A stretch of 64,000 nt of DNA from a virus: IMG/VR virus record IMGVR_UViG_3300005805_009577, positions 64,001-128,000 of that record; one strand, given 5' to 3'. The notes under the pieces are model-generated. The model made no database searches. It was given only the letters and a program-made list of their open reading frames with translations, and was not told the origin of the DNA. Both the position numbers and the translations under genes were made by a program. Of this stretch, positions 42,868 to 52,816 are shown one piece after another (the stretch's first letter is position 1; each line of letters starts with the position of its first letter).

Positions 42868-43599
42868 ATGTTATTTTTACAAGATTTGGATTATTTGATA
42901 TATTCTTCTCATAAAACAGCAACTCAATCTTTGCTTTCAATATTTAAAGCAAATGAAGTAAATTCTAAACATTGTCATTACATAGAGCATCTAAGAAGAG
43001 GAGATAAAAGTAAGATAAAAACATATGCAGAAATGAAAAAAGCTTTTATAGATGATTTAAACGAATACAAAAAATATTACAATAAAAAAATAAACATAGT
43101 TAGTATAATTAGAAATCCAATAGATAGATTGCCTAGTTCTTTTTTTCAAACACACCACACAGACGAAATTTCTTTTTTTAAAAAAGAAGAGCAGGAAACA
43201 ACCGTTTCAAAAAATACAATAGAAGAATTAATTCTTATATTCATTGATAAAATCAAAAATAAAAAATTAAGAGGAGGAGTAGAATCGATAGACGAAATGT
43301 CTCATATATTTCAAGTTGACATAATTTCAATGCTCAAATATAATAATTATTATTACTATTTTGAAAACGAATTAATTAATTTATTTGTATTAGATTTTAA
43401 TAAAATAATATCCGATAAAAATTTAGAGTATTTACATAAGTGTCTTGGGTTAAATTTGACTAAAAATTCAAGTGCAAACTTGTCTAGCCAAAAGATTTAC
43501 TACGAAAAATACAAAGAATTTAAAAAAGTTCTTCCAAGCATAGAAAATATATTAAAATCTAATTACAATATATTTTATTTTGAAGCATTTAATAAATAA
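42868..43599 (+). CDS. sulfotransferase-like / capsular polysaccharide synthesis family protein
   Basis: YSSHKTATQSL, IVSIIRNPIDRLPSSFFQ. Confidence 0.6.
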   Translation: MLFLQDLDYLIYSSHKTATQSLLSIFKANEVNSKHCHYIEHLRRGDKSKIKTYAEMKKAFIDDLNEYKKYYNKKINIVSIIRNPIDRLPSSFFQTHHTDEISFFKKEEQETTVSKNTIEELILIFIDKIKNKKLRGGVESIDEMSHIFQVDIISMLKYNNYYYYFENELINLFVLDFNKIISDKNLEYLHKCLGLNLTKNSSANLSSQKIYYEKYKEFKKVLPSIENILKSNYNIFYFEAFNK

Positions 43600-43774
43600 A
43601 ATTATGAAAGAAAAAGAAAATTATTTTAAAACCGAAGATGGATATTTTATAAAAGAAAATTCTAAGGGCTGGTGCTTTTTGCCTTTTGAAAAATTTTACG
43701 AAATATCAGAGATACTAAAAATAGCAGAAAAGTTAAAGGATCTCAATTCAGAGTAAAAAAGCATATATAATATT

Positions 43775-44656
43775 ATGAATTGTATAATGTATTCTGCTTT
43801 TTTGCCAAAACTATCAGATATAAATCACACCAACCAACAAATATTTTCTCAATTATATTATTCGATAGAAACACTAACAGATACAGGTTATTCTGGGAAG
43901 GTGTTTTTATTTTATGACGCAGATGTAGATATAAAAAACTTTTTATATAAAAAAAAATACAGTTTAAAAAAATTTAGCAACCTAGTGTGCGTGAGAGCTA
44001 ACTATGACGAGAACATCATAAAAAAAACAAAATGTGCATTTCATAAGTGGTATTATTTAAAGTTGTTTTATGATAAGTTTAAATTCAATAGAGTTTTATG
44101 TGTAGACAACGATACTATTTTTAATAAAAATCCAGAAATAATTTTTAATGAAAATAGCGATCTAGATGTTTTTTACGGAAAACAATATCGCTGGAATGAT
44201 GATTTAATTAAAGAAAAATTAAATATGGAGGCACAGTGTCTCAATACAGGACAATTTTTGGTTAGTAGCAAAATAATGCAAGTTTTGGGAGATAAATTTT
44301 TAGAAGACGTATTAGAAAATTATTTTTTAACATTAAAAATAACAAATGAATTTAAAAAAGACTTGGCTGGACATATGATTTGGATTGGAGAAGAATATGC
44401 GATTACAAAAACACTAGAAGAAAAAAAAATAAAAATAATAAATTTAAGCGATAAGTATGCAACATATTCTGGTGTTAATAAAAAGCCTGTTTTCTGTCAT
44501 TATTATTCTTGCAACACAAGAAATGCAGTTCCCGAAGAATATTGGTCTATACATACTTCTGAAAGAACCGTAACATGGTATAGTCATTTGGCGGAAAAAG
44601 AAACTAAAAAAATAGAAAAATTTCAGCCTATCTTAAATTTTTATAAAAAATCTTGA
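43775..44656 (+). CDS. GT-A fold glycosyltransferase-like protein
   Basis: HKW, VLCVDNDTIF (DxD), LNTGQFL, EEYAI, FCHYYS. Confidence 0.65.
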   Translation: MNCIMYSAFLPKLSDINHTNQQIFSQLYYSIETLTDTGYSGKVFLFYDADVDIKNFLYKKKYSLKKFSNLVCVRANYDENIIKKTKCAFHKWYYLKLFYDKFKFNRVLCVDNDTIFNKNPEIIFNENSDLDVFYGKQYRWNDDLIKEKLNMEAQCLNTGQFLVSSKIMQVLGDKFLEDVLENYFLTLKITNEFKKDLAGHMIWIGEEYAITKTLEEKKIKIINLSDKYATYSGVNKKPVFCHYYSCNTRNAVPEEYWSIHTSERTVTWYSHLAEKETKKIEKFQPILNFYKKS

Positions 44657-44687
44657 CACTTAGAATTAAATTTGATAAATTAATTAA

Positions 44688-45539
44688 ATGAAAAGAATTT
44701 TTATTGGCGATGGAAAAGTAAGTAAAATTATTAGAAAAAAAAATGATATTGTATTAAATCATAAAGACATAGAAATAACTAGCTTAGATAGCGTAAATAA
44801 AGCTTTAAGTTTGATAATTGATGAAAACGCTGTAGTTATAAACACCGCCGCAGAAATAAACCTTGAGTCTTGTGAAAAAAATAAAAATAAAAGCTTTTTA
44901 GTTAATACGCTTGGCCCTTTAAATATAATAGAAGTTTGTTCTAATAATAAAGCGAAATTAGTTCACATAAGTAGTGGTTGCATATATGATGGAAATGAAA
45001 TAGAATTTAGCGAAAATACTATTCCAAAACCTGCCGCATGGTACACTAGAACAAAAACATGGGCAGACGAAGCTTTAATAAATTATGGATATGAAAATTT
45101 ACTTATATTAAGACCTAGACAACTTATAAGCAGCTATCCTTATAAAACTAATATGCTAACCAAATTTTTAAGTATAAAAAATCTAAAATGTATAGAAGAG
45201 CAAAATAGTTTAACTTGTATAGAAGACCTTGAAGAAATGTTAGACCATCTACTTTTTATTAATGCAAATGGTATTTATAATGTCGCCAACACAGGAACAA
45301 TCAGTCCATATGAAATAGCCTTAGAGCTAAAAAAGATAGACAAAGATTTAAGTGTAGAAAAGATTTCATATGATAAATATTTAAAAAATGTAGCTGTTAA
45401 AAGAGTAAACACCATTTTAGATTTAACAAAATTATTAGCTACAGGATACTCTCCTAGAAGTTGTCAAGAGGCATTAAAATATTGTGTTAAAAATTATGGC
45501 AAAAATATAGAAGGAAAAGTTTATGATTACACTTGCTAA
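44688..45539 (+). CDS. rmlD: dTDP-4-dehydrorhamnose reductase-like SDR
   Basis: VINTAA, VNTLGP, HISSGCIYDG, YTRTK (YxxxK), ILRPRQL. Confidence 0.8.
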   Translation: MKRIFIGDGKVSKIIRKKNDIVLNHKDIEITSLDSVNKALSLIIDENAVVINTAAEINLESCEKNKNKSFLVNTLGPLNIIEVCSNNKAKLVHISSGCIYDGNEIEFSENTIPKPAAWYTRTKTWADEALINYGYENLLILRPRQLISSYPYKTNMLTKFLSIKNLKCIEEQNSLTCIEDLEEMLDHLLFINANGIYNVANTGTISPYEIALELKKIDKDLSVEKISYDKYLKNVAVKRVNTILDLTKLLATGYSPRSCQEALKYCVKNYGKNIEGKVYDYTC

Positions 45540-45661
45540 GATTGCTATTGTTTTAATTGTTCTCTTTTTCGTATCATTTTTAACTTTATTTTGGTATTTC
45601 ATTATATCCACGGGCATACGATCTATAATTAAGTCTGTAAAAAATAAGAAAGGCAAATAAA

Positions 45662-46603
45662 TTGAAAATATTAATCACTGGTGCCTGCGGTTTTATTGGC
45701 GGGCATTTTTTAGACAAAATTTTAGAAGATTCTAATTATGAAGTATCAGTAATAGATAAAATCACCTACGCAGCAAATTCAGACAACTTAAAAAAAATAT
45801 TTACTAAAAATATTCCTTTTTTTCCTTTTGGAATAGAAGAAACAAAAAAAGTAAATGAAATTATTAAAAATTTAAATATAGACGTAATTTTAAACTTTGC
45901 TGCAGAAACACATGTCGATAATTCTATAAAAGATTTACGACCCTTTATTGCTTCTAACATAAATGGTGTATATTCTTTGTTGGAGTCTTGTCGAACTTTT
46001 GGCACAAAATTAATTCACATCAGCACAGATGAAGTTTACGGACCTGCTAATTGGGATCCATTTAAAGAAGATGATAAATTAAATCCATTAAATCCATATT
46101 CCGCCACCAAGGCTGCATCAGAACATCTAATACTAAGTTATTGCAATACATTTAAAATTGATTACTTAATAGTTAGGCCCAGCAATAATTATGGGCCAAG
46201 ACAAAATAAAGAAAAATTTATTCCAAAGTATATTAATTGTCTAAAAGAAAATAAAAAATTTCCTCTTTATGGCGATGGGTTACAAGTAAGAGAGTGGTTT
46301 TTTGTAAAAGATTGTGCAGATTCAATAAAAAGACTATTGCCACCCTCCAGAACATTAAATAATGTTTATAATATCGGTTGTCCGCGTAGCAAACAGTTTA
46401 ATATTGATGTTCTTAAAATAATCCATAGTTTTTATAATCCAAACAATACTGCATTTGAAAATACTATAGAATTTGTAGAAGACAGAAAAGGTCACGATAA
46501 AAAATATGCAATAAATATAGAAAGATTTTTTAAAGAATTTAAAAATTTAAACTCTACTCCTTTAGAAGAAGGATTAAAACAAACAATAGATTATTACAAG
46601 TAA
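45662..46603 (+). CDS. rmlB: dTDP-glucose 4,6-dehydratase
   Basis: ITGACGFIG, DKITYAAN, FAAETHVDNSI, STDEVYG, NPYSATK, SNNYGPRQ, YGDGLQVREW, DRKGHD. Confidence 0.95.
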   Translation: MKILITGACGFIGGHFLDKILEDSNYEVSVIDKITYAANSDNLKKIFTKNIPFFPFGIEETKKVNEIIKNLNIDVILNFAAETHVDNSIKDLRPFIASNINGVYSLLESCRTFGTKLIHISTDEVYGPANWDPFKEDDKLNPLNPYSATKAASEHLILSYCNTFKIDYLIVRPSNNYGPRQNKEKFIPKYINCLKENKKFPLYGDGLQVREWFFVKDCADSIKRLLPPSRTLNNVYNIGCPRSKQFNIDVLKIIHSFYNPNNTAFENTIEFVEDRKGHDKKYAINIERFFKEFKNLNSTPLEEGLKQTIDYYK

Positions 46604-46620
46604 ACAATTGTGTGGGCAGC

Positions 46621-46635
46621 CCTTTTTTGGGTACG
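46621..46635 (+). promoter_or_regulatory. T-run-GTACG motif copy
   Basis: ccttttttggGTACG followed by a GC-rich structured leader. Confidence 0.65.
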
Positions 46636-46736
46636 GTCGTAGGGGGAGCGGCTGAATAAGGGCGTGGAGTCGCCCCGAAAGATTTGCATTTATTCATTAT
46701 TTTTTTTAAAAATGCAAAACGAATAGGGGCGGAAAA

Positions 46737-46997
46737 ATGAAAACAGAATTTGATATTTATAGAGACAAGGTTTGGAATTATCTCAAAAGCGAATATAAAG
46801 AGTCAATGGATCTAATGTATGACCATTTATCTAAGGATCCATTAAACACTGTGTTAAGTAGAGAAACGGTAAACAACATTCTTCTCAATAACATTGAATA
46901 TCTTATCAAAGATTGCTATAAGGACGAAATTAGCATACCCTTTTGTGCAAACAAAGTGTTATTATTGTTTTCTTTTTGTGGAATGAAGAGAAAATAA
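46737..46997 (+). CDS. hypothetical protein (D.YR.KVW.Y family)
   Basis: FDIYRDKVWNYLKSEY matches LDTYRKKVWEYIKLEY of 52559. Confidence 0.65.
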   Translation: MKTEFDIYRDKVWNYLKSEYKESMDLMYDHLSKDPLNTVLSRETVNNILLNNIEYLIKDCYKDEISIPFCANKVLLLFSFCGMKRK

Positions 46998-47261
46998 TTG
47001 AATAAAGCCTTAGAGTTTTTTGAATTTTTTATTTATGTTTTTGTGTTGGTGATAGTTTATTTTATCTTAAAAAATTTATAAAGGATAATAAATGACAATT
47101 ATTAAAGTCAAGAGAGTTTTTCGAAATAATGTTTGTGGTTGCGGCAGCGGCAAAAAAAGTAAAATTTGTTGTAAAAGCGTAAATGAATACAATGTAATAA
47201 ATAATAGCAACATTGAAGAAAAGCCTATTGACAACAAAGATAATTCCGAGGATAATACCTA

Positions 47262-47492
47262 ATGTTCTTTCCAAATGAAGATAGTGATTTGAATATGTTT
47301 GTTGATACTTGGATGGAAGCAAGCATTCAAGATAAAGATAACATAGAAATTAATGTTTGCAAAATGCTTAAAATTAATATGAAAGAAGCAATTCGTAGGG
47401 CAAGTGCTATTAATAATCAAGGAATAAAGCTTCCTTATTATGATCGAAAGCATATGAAAAAATTGCGTAAGTTAACAGAAAAAGACATTTAA
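47262..47492 (+). CDS. divergent HTH family member 3
   Basis: FVDTWMEA...GIKLP aligns with the 28992 and 33938 proteins. Confidence 0.5.
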   Translation: MFFPNEDSDLNMFVDTWMEASIQDKDNIEINVCKMLKINMKEAIRRASAINNQGIKLPYYDRKHMKKLRKLTEKDI

Positions 47493-48110
47493 TTTTAAGA
47501 TTGCCAAAAGGACAAAGTATGAAAAATTTTAGTGTTCCAAAATACACTGTAATAAAGTATCTTCGTGACAAGAAGCATAATCCAAGGGGAGTTCTTGTTG
47601 CAGTTAAACTTGCTAGCGGGGAAATTAGCATTCATTATAGTTATTGCAACAACAAACTTGATACTTTTAACAAGACCACTGCACTTAAAATTGCTGTAAA
47701 TCGTGCACTATCTAATAAACTTAACTCGTGTATTCCGCCTAGGCAGGTGATTAAAGAGATTGATCAATTTAACGACAGAGTAAGTCGTTATTATCGCGTA
47801 AATAAAAATGATCTTCTTACATGGTGGGGCGATGATGAATTTGTTAGAATGCCAGTTGACAAAGAGGCAATTGAAGAGTATAAACAAAGCTTCACAAGGC
47901 AATAAAAATGAAACTAACTTTATTTTTCTTAATCATTCTTGGTTTTTGTTTGTTTGTTAATTTTACTTGGTATCTATTTTTGCAATTGTTTAGGATGTTC
48001 GATAATTATATGATGGACAAACAATTCAAAAAAATTAATTATGAAAAAATGAAATGCGAGAATGGAAAAACTTGGTATGTAGGCTAGTTTTTCTTTGTCA
48101 ATAAAAAAGC

Positions 48111-48143
48111 AAAAAAGAGGAGAGAAATCTCCTCTTTTTTTTT
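48111..48143 (+). terminator. intrinsic terminator
   Basis: aaaaaagaggaga/tctcctctttttt stem. Confidence 0.8.
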
Positions 48144-48699
48144 ATCTATTGACAAAATATAAGTTTAAATTAAAATAAAAAAGCAAAAGGAAAAACAAAA
48201 TGATAGAAAAAGCGATTCTTGAAAAAGGACAAACTAGTCCTGTAAACAAAATATCTTTGCTTGAAAAAACAAGCAAATTATATGAAATATTTAGTAAAAA
48301 AATAGATGATATAACTGAAAACTCTGGTTTTAACTCTGCCATTAAGCTTAAAGAATATTTAGACTCTTTGTTGCCGGATGTAGTAGATGCCTTTGAATTT
48401 GGAATGATACACTTAATAAACACCGGTCAGGCGGATAATTGCTATGCTATTATCAACCCTTATAATCCAAATAAAGTTTTATTAATAAAGAGAGATTACG
48501 CTGAAAATATAATTAAAAATGGTATTTTATAATTTGAAATAATTTATTCATATCTTTAATATATAAAAGATATGAATGAAATAAATGACTTAGGACTAAT
48601 GAAAGACTATGGACAATTTATAATGTCCATAGTGCTTTTATTTTATGGTTTTCTTTATCAATATTTAGAAAATCAATATTTAGAAATAGAGGAATAAAA

Positions 48700-48933
48700 A
48701 TGAAATTTTCTTTATGGTTGGAAAAAAGAGTTAGAAATCAAAAAACCCAAACTAAAATGCCTAGAGTTAAAAACGGCACAGAAAGAGTTGTATCTGATGC
48801 TAACATGAGAATAAGCCAAATGGTCGGCCATGGTCAATATAAAACACATGGTAAGGCCGGAAAAATGAATTATAAAAAAGATAAAGGTTCTAGATCAGAA
48901 AAAAATAGACTAGCAATAACAGACCAGCAATAA
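48700..48933 (+). CDS. small basic protein with leader MKFSLWLE
   Basis: GAGGA RBS; K/R-rich. Confidence 0.65.
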   Translation: MKFSLWLEKRVRNQKTQTKMPRVKNGTERVVSDANMRISQMVGHGQYKTHGKAGKMNYKKDKGSRSEKNRLAITDQQ

Positions 48934-48946
48934 TATAGGAGAATAC

Positions 48947-49246
48947 ATGAAAACATTTTACGAGTGGTTAATGATTGAGCAAAAAGAATTTTTATTATTT
49001 GAAGATGGTCAAAAAAAATTGTATAGAGAAGTGGTGTCAAAACTAAGAAAAGCAGGATTTGAATTTGTAAGAGTGGCAAATGATGCACACGACGTATGGA
49101 TAAAAGACGGAACTGAAGTGAATGTATTGAGAAATGTTAGAGGAAATCCAAATATAATATTTAATCAGACAATAAGAGCTTGGGAAAACACCAAAACAAG
49201 AAATCAAGAGTTAAAAAATAAAAGAGAAAAAGTTGCTTCTAAGTAG
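48947..49246 (+). CDS. HicA-like (dsRBD-fold) protein with leader MKTFYEWLMIE
   Basis: YREVVSKLRKAGFEFVRVANDAHDVWIKDGTEVNV resembles HicA R-E-V..L...GF...R..GSH..W. Confidence 0.5.
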   Translation: MKTFYEWLMIEQKEFLLFEDGQKKLYREVVSKLRKAGFEFVRVANDAHDVWIKDGTEVNVLRNVRGNPNIIFNQTIRAWENTKTRNQELKNKREKVASK

Positions 49247-50062
49247 CAACACGGACTTGATTGTTTATTCTTGACAAAAATGCCACAACTCTGCTATAAA
49301 CCATCTAGGAAATTTTATGATATTTTTCATGATATTTTTCTCTGGACTTTTGATAGGGTTTTTTCTTGGTTTTATTTACTCTATAGTTGCTACCTGCAAT
49401 ATGTTAGATGAATATAGCCAAGAAATAGATAGAAAAGAAAAATGAAATATAAAAATTTAATTGGAAAAAAAGTTCAAATAATTGCCAAAAGAAAAGCGTG
49501 TGAATTTTTAACAAAATTAAACTTTGAATCTTACTCTTTTGAAGCAACGCTACAAGAAGTTAATAAAGATTATATTGTAATAAAAAAACAAAGCGGCATG
49601 ATAGGCTATTTTCCAATTGAAGACAAATATGTAGCTATTGAAAAAATAATTTTGGTTTAAAATGTCTAAAAAACCCAAAAAACATGTATGTAGTATTTGT
49701 GGTGCCAACACAGATATTTATACAAATGTGCATTCTAAAAATAAATTTATAGATAACAACTTTTACGACAAAGTTTGTTTTACATGTTATTTTGTTCCAA
49801 AAACAATCCATCAAACATATAATAGAGAAGGCCTAGTGGCAGAGGAAACAGAACTGGAGTATTGTAGTGAAAATTTACACACTCCAAAAGAGCTTGTTTT
49901 GGGAGGAAGTGCAGAAAATATTAAAGAAGCAAAAAGAAGTTATGAATCTATAGTTAATCTTTGCAAAAAAAAGAAAAAAAATAAAACTAAATTGTTAAGA
50001 CCAAAACCAGAGTGGCGTATAGTTTAAAAATAAGGATTGTGTTATGAATAATATATAACAAC

Positions 50063-50871
50063 ATGAATGTTTTGTTTGTAAATGATACTTCTGCATATCA
50101 TTGTGGTAGTTTCTTAACCTGTAGAGTGTTGACTAGTTTGATTAAAAAAAAATGTAGCTCACTAGAAATATTAAGACGTAGCACCAAAAAAAAATGAGTT
50201 TTTATGATATAATAATTATAAATGGAGAGGGATCTTTTCATCATAACAAAACGCATAAACCAGCCCAAGGGATATATTATTGTGCTGAAGAGTTCAAGAA
50301 AATAGGCAAAAAAGTTTTTTTAATAAATACTGTAATTCATGAAATAACTTATGACTTGAGTATATTTGATGCTATTTTTACCAGGGAAAGTTTAAGTTCT
50401 CAGGGTGAACATAAAGTGGTTAATGATGCTTGTTTTTATAATATATTAGATAATTCAAAAAACAAAGAAAACTATGTTTTATTTTTAGACAGTGTATTGC
50501 CCGAAGTTAATAAAAAAATTTTAAAAGAATATGAAAGCTATGCTGGTGAAAAGAAATATATAAAAATGGATGAAAATAAATTTGACCTCGATAAGTTTAT
50601 AAAAGTTTGCCAGAATGCAAGTTGTATTATAACAGGAAGGTATCATGGTGTAGTTTTTTCTATTATGTGTGAAAAAAAGTTCATAGCACTTGAGTCAAAT
50701 ACTCATAAAATATCAGGGCTTTTAAAAGATTTAGATTTATTACAAAATTTAACAGATGACTTAAGCGATTTGGAAAAAAAAATATATTTATCTAAAAAAC
50801 CAAAAGTAGATATTCATAAAATAAAAAAAGATATAGAGGATATGATTGATTTTTGTTTGATGAAATTATAA
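50063..50871 (+). pseudogene. polysaccharide pyruvyl transferase-like gene split by a frameshift in an A9 run (may still be functional)
   Basis: 50063 MNVLFVNDTSAYHCGS stops at TGA 50195; one extra A in 50186-50194 fuses it to IIINGEGSFHH...ITGRYHG...ESNTHKISGL. Confidence 0.6.
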
Positions 50872-50974
50872 AGAGATATGAACAAACCATATGCCGTCTT
50901 ATGAAGAAGAATTTGTTAATAAATTAATTTCTATGCATCAAAATGTAAATATTATTAATAAGTAAATTTTTCCA

Positions 50975-51682
50975 ATGAATGAAATATTATTAAAAATAAA
51001 AGAAGTTAATCAAAATAAATGCTATGAAGAATGGCAAAAGCTTATATTTAATAAAAATGTTTGTATAGTTGGACAATCAAGTTACTTATTAAACCAAGAA
51101 CAAGGCTCAAAAATAGACGCTTATGACATCGTAGTCAGAATTAATGAGGCTTTTATTGATATTCAAGAATACAAAAAAGATTATGGAGAAAGATACGATA
51201 TATTATACATAACAAATGATCATAGAATGTATGATTCTGGATTTTTAATAAATAATTATGATAAAATCATTAATAAAATGGTGAGTTTATTCGGGGTTCC
51301 AGAATACCACTATACTTATAAAAGTTTTCAAAAATTTTACCAACTTTTAAGTAATAAAAATAGCATAATAAATAATGATGCAAAAAGAAAATTGGTAAAA
51401 GATTACTTGAATAATAAATTTCCTACTACTGGATTTTTTGCTATTTTAGATATTCTTTCGTTTGGGCCTGAATCTTTGTATATTCCAGGATTTTGTTTTT
51501 ATCTAGACTACACAAGAATTTTAAAAAGATTCGAAGGATATAACAAGCCGGTAAATTCCATACATAACTCTATAACAGAAATAAATATTTTTAAGAATCT
51601 TAGAAAAGAGCATAAAATAATAGTAGATGATTACACTGAAATAAAATTATCGGAATTTAAAAATAATTCTCTAAAAAATTAA
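50975..51682 (+). CDS. GT29 (sialyltransferase-like) family protein
   Basis: VCIVGQSSYLLNQEQGSKIDAYDIVVRIN (sialylmotif L-like); PTTGFFAI (motif S-like); HNSITE. Confidence 0.7.
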   Translation: MNEILLKIKEVNQNKCYEEWQKLIFNKNVCIVGQSSYLLNQEQGSKIDAYDIVVRINEAFIDIQEYKKDYGERYDILYITNDHRMYDSGFLINNYDKIINKMVSLFGVPEYHYTYKSFQKFYQLLSNKNSIINNDAKRKLVKDYLNNKFPTTGFFAILDILSFGPESLYIPGFCFYLDYTRILKRFEGYNKPVNSIHNSITEINIFKNLRKEHKIIVDDYTEIKLSEFKNNSLKN

Positions 51683-51746
51683 AAGTGTATATGGGTACGC
51701 TTTTTAAGTGTTGTGACCGTATTGTAATCTTTAACAAATTATAAAA

Positions 51747-52184
51747 ATGAACTTAAATATAGATTTTGAAAACGAAGATGTTTGTAAAAAGCTTCAAAAG
51801 ATTTTTCTTGATAAGATACTAGAAATATCCGAGAACATTAAGAGTACAGGCAATAAAAAAGAAGATGAAAAAGCATTTCAAGAAGAATATTCTAAATATC
51901 TTTTTAAACACGGTATATTTGTAATGGGAATAAAACATGTTTACAAATATTGTAATTCTAAAACACCTCATTATATTTGTATAGAAAATCCCGAAGGCGA
52001 TCTTTTTGAAAAAACTAATTGGAATGTAGATCCGCCTACAGAAGAAAATGAGTTGAAATTTCTTTTAAACCGCTCAGATGGTAGTTTTAGAAAAATTCTT
52101 ACAGACAGAATAATTGATGATTTCTGGTATACTATTCCGACAAAACTTGCAGAAAAGGCACTTGCTTTAGGAAAATTGCCTTAA
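51747..52184 (+). CDS. hypothetical protein, IPxKLA C-terminal family
   Basis: Ends YTIPTKLAEKALALGKLP; partial GGTACG motif at 51694. Confidence 0.6.
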   Translation: MNLNIDFENEDVCKKLQKIFLDKILEISENIKSTGNKKEDEKAFQEEYSKYLFKHGIFVMGIKHVYKYCNSKTPHYICIENPEGDLFEKTNWNVDPPTEENELKFLLNRSDGSFRKILTDRIIDDFWYTIPTKLAEKALALGKLP

Positions 52185-52478
52185 TGCACACTAAGAATTT
52201 GTTATGAAAAACAAAACAATTTTAGAAGAATTTAAACTTTGCATTTGTGGAAAGAAAAAAGTTTTCGAATTAGATGCTTTTGCATATTGTGACCCATCTT
52301 TTGCGATTGATGCAAATATAATAAAAATCAGATACTGTGGGAATAATGAGTGCTATAACAAACTAATTTCAGAAAATTTAAAAAACGAAGAAGCGTTTTA
52401 TATAAATATGCATGAATTTTAAAAAATGGTTTGTGGAATATAAAACATCTTAAAAAATAGGAATACAAAGTTACCGGA

Positions 52479-52493
52479 CTTTTTTGGAGTACG
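52479..52493 (+). promoter_or_regulatory. T-run-GTACG motif copy
   Basis: cttttttggaGTACG; lies inside the track's TTG-extended ORF, true start probably 52559. Confidence 0.6.
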
Positions 52494-52558
52494 CCCTCCT
52501 GTTATGGTCTGCGGTTTACGGCCAAGAAGTTTTTTTACTCTTACCTTTTAATATCAAA

Positions 52559-52813
52559 ATGAGCATTGATCTTGATACTTATCGTAAAAAGGTTTGGGAA
52601 TATATTAAATTAGAATATAATGAAACGACAGAGCGTTTTAATGAAACTGCTATGATAGCACATCAAAACTATGTAAGTGTTCTCAGAAGCAGCATAGATC
52701 AGTGTATAGAAGAGCATTATAGAATAAATGATAGTCTTGGAAATGTCGCAAGCATTATAACAAAAGTTTATTTGATTGATTTTATCGAAAACAGAGGCTA
52801 CTCAATAGGCTAA
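52559..52813 (+). CDS. hypothetical protein (D.YR.KVW.Y family)
   Basis: MSIDLDTYRKKVWEY; paralog of 46737. Confidence 0.65.
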   Translation: MSIDLDTYRKKVWEYIKLEYNETTERFNETAMIAHQNYVSVLRSSIDQCIEEHYRINDSLGNVASIITKVYLIDFIENRGYSIG

Positions 52814-52816
52814 ATC

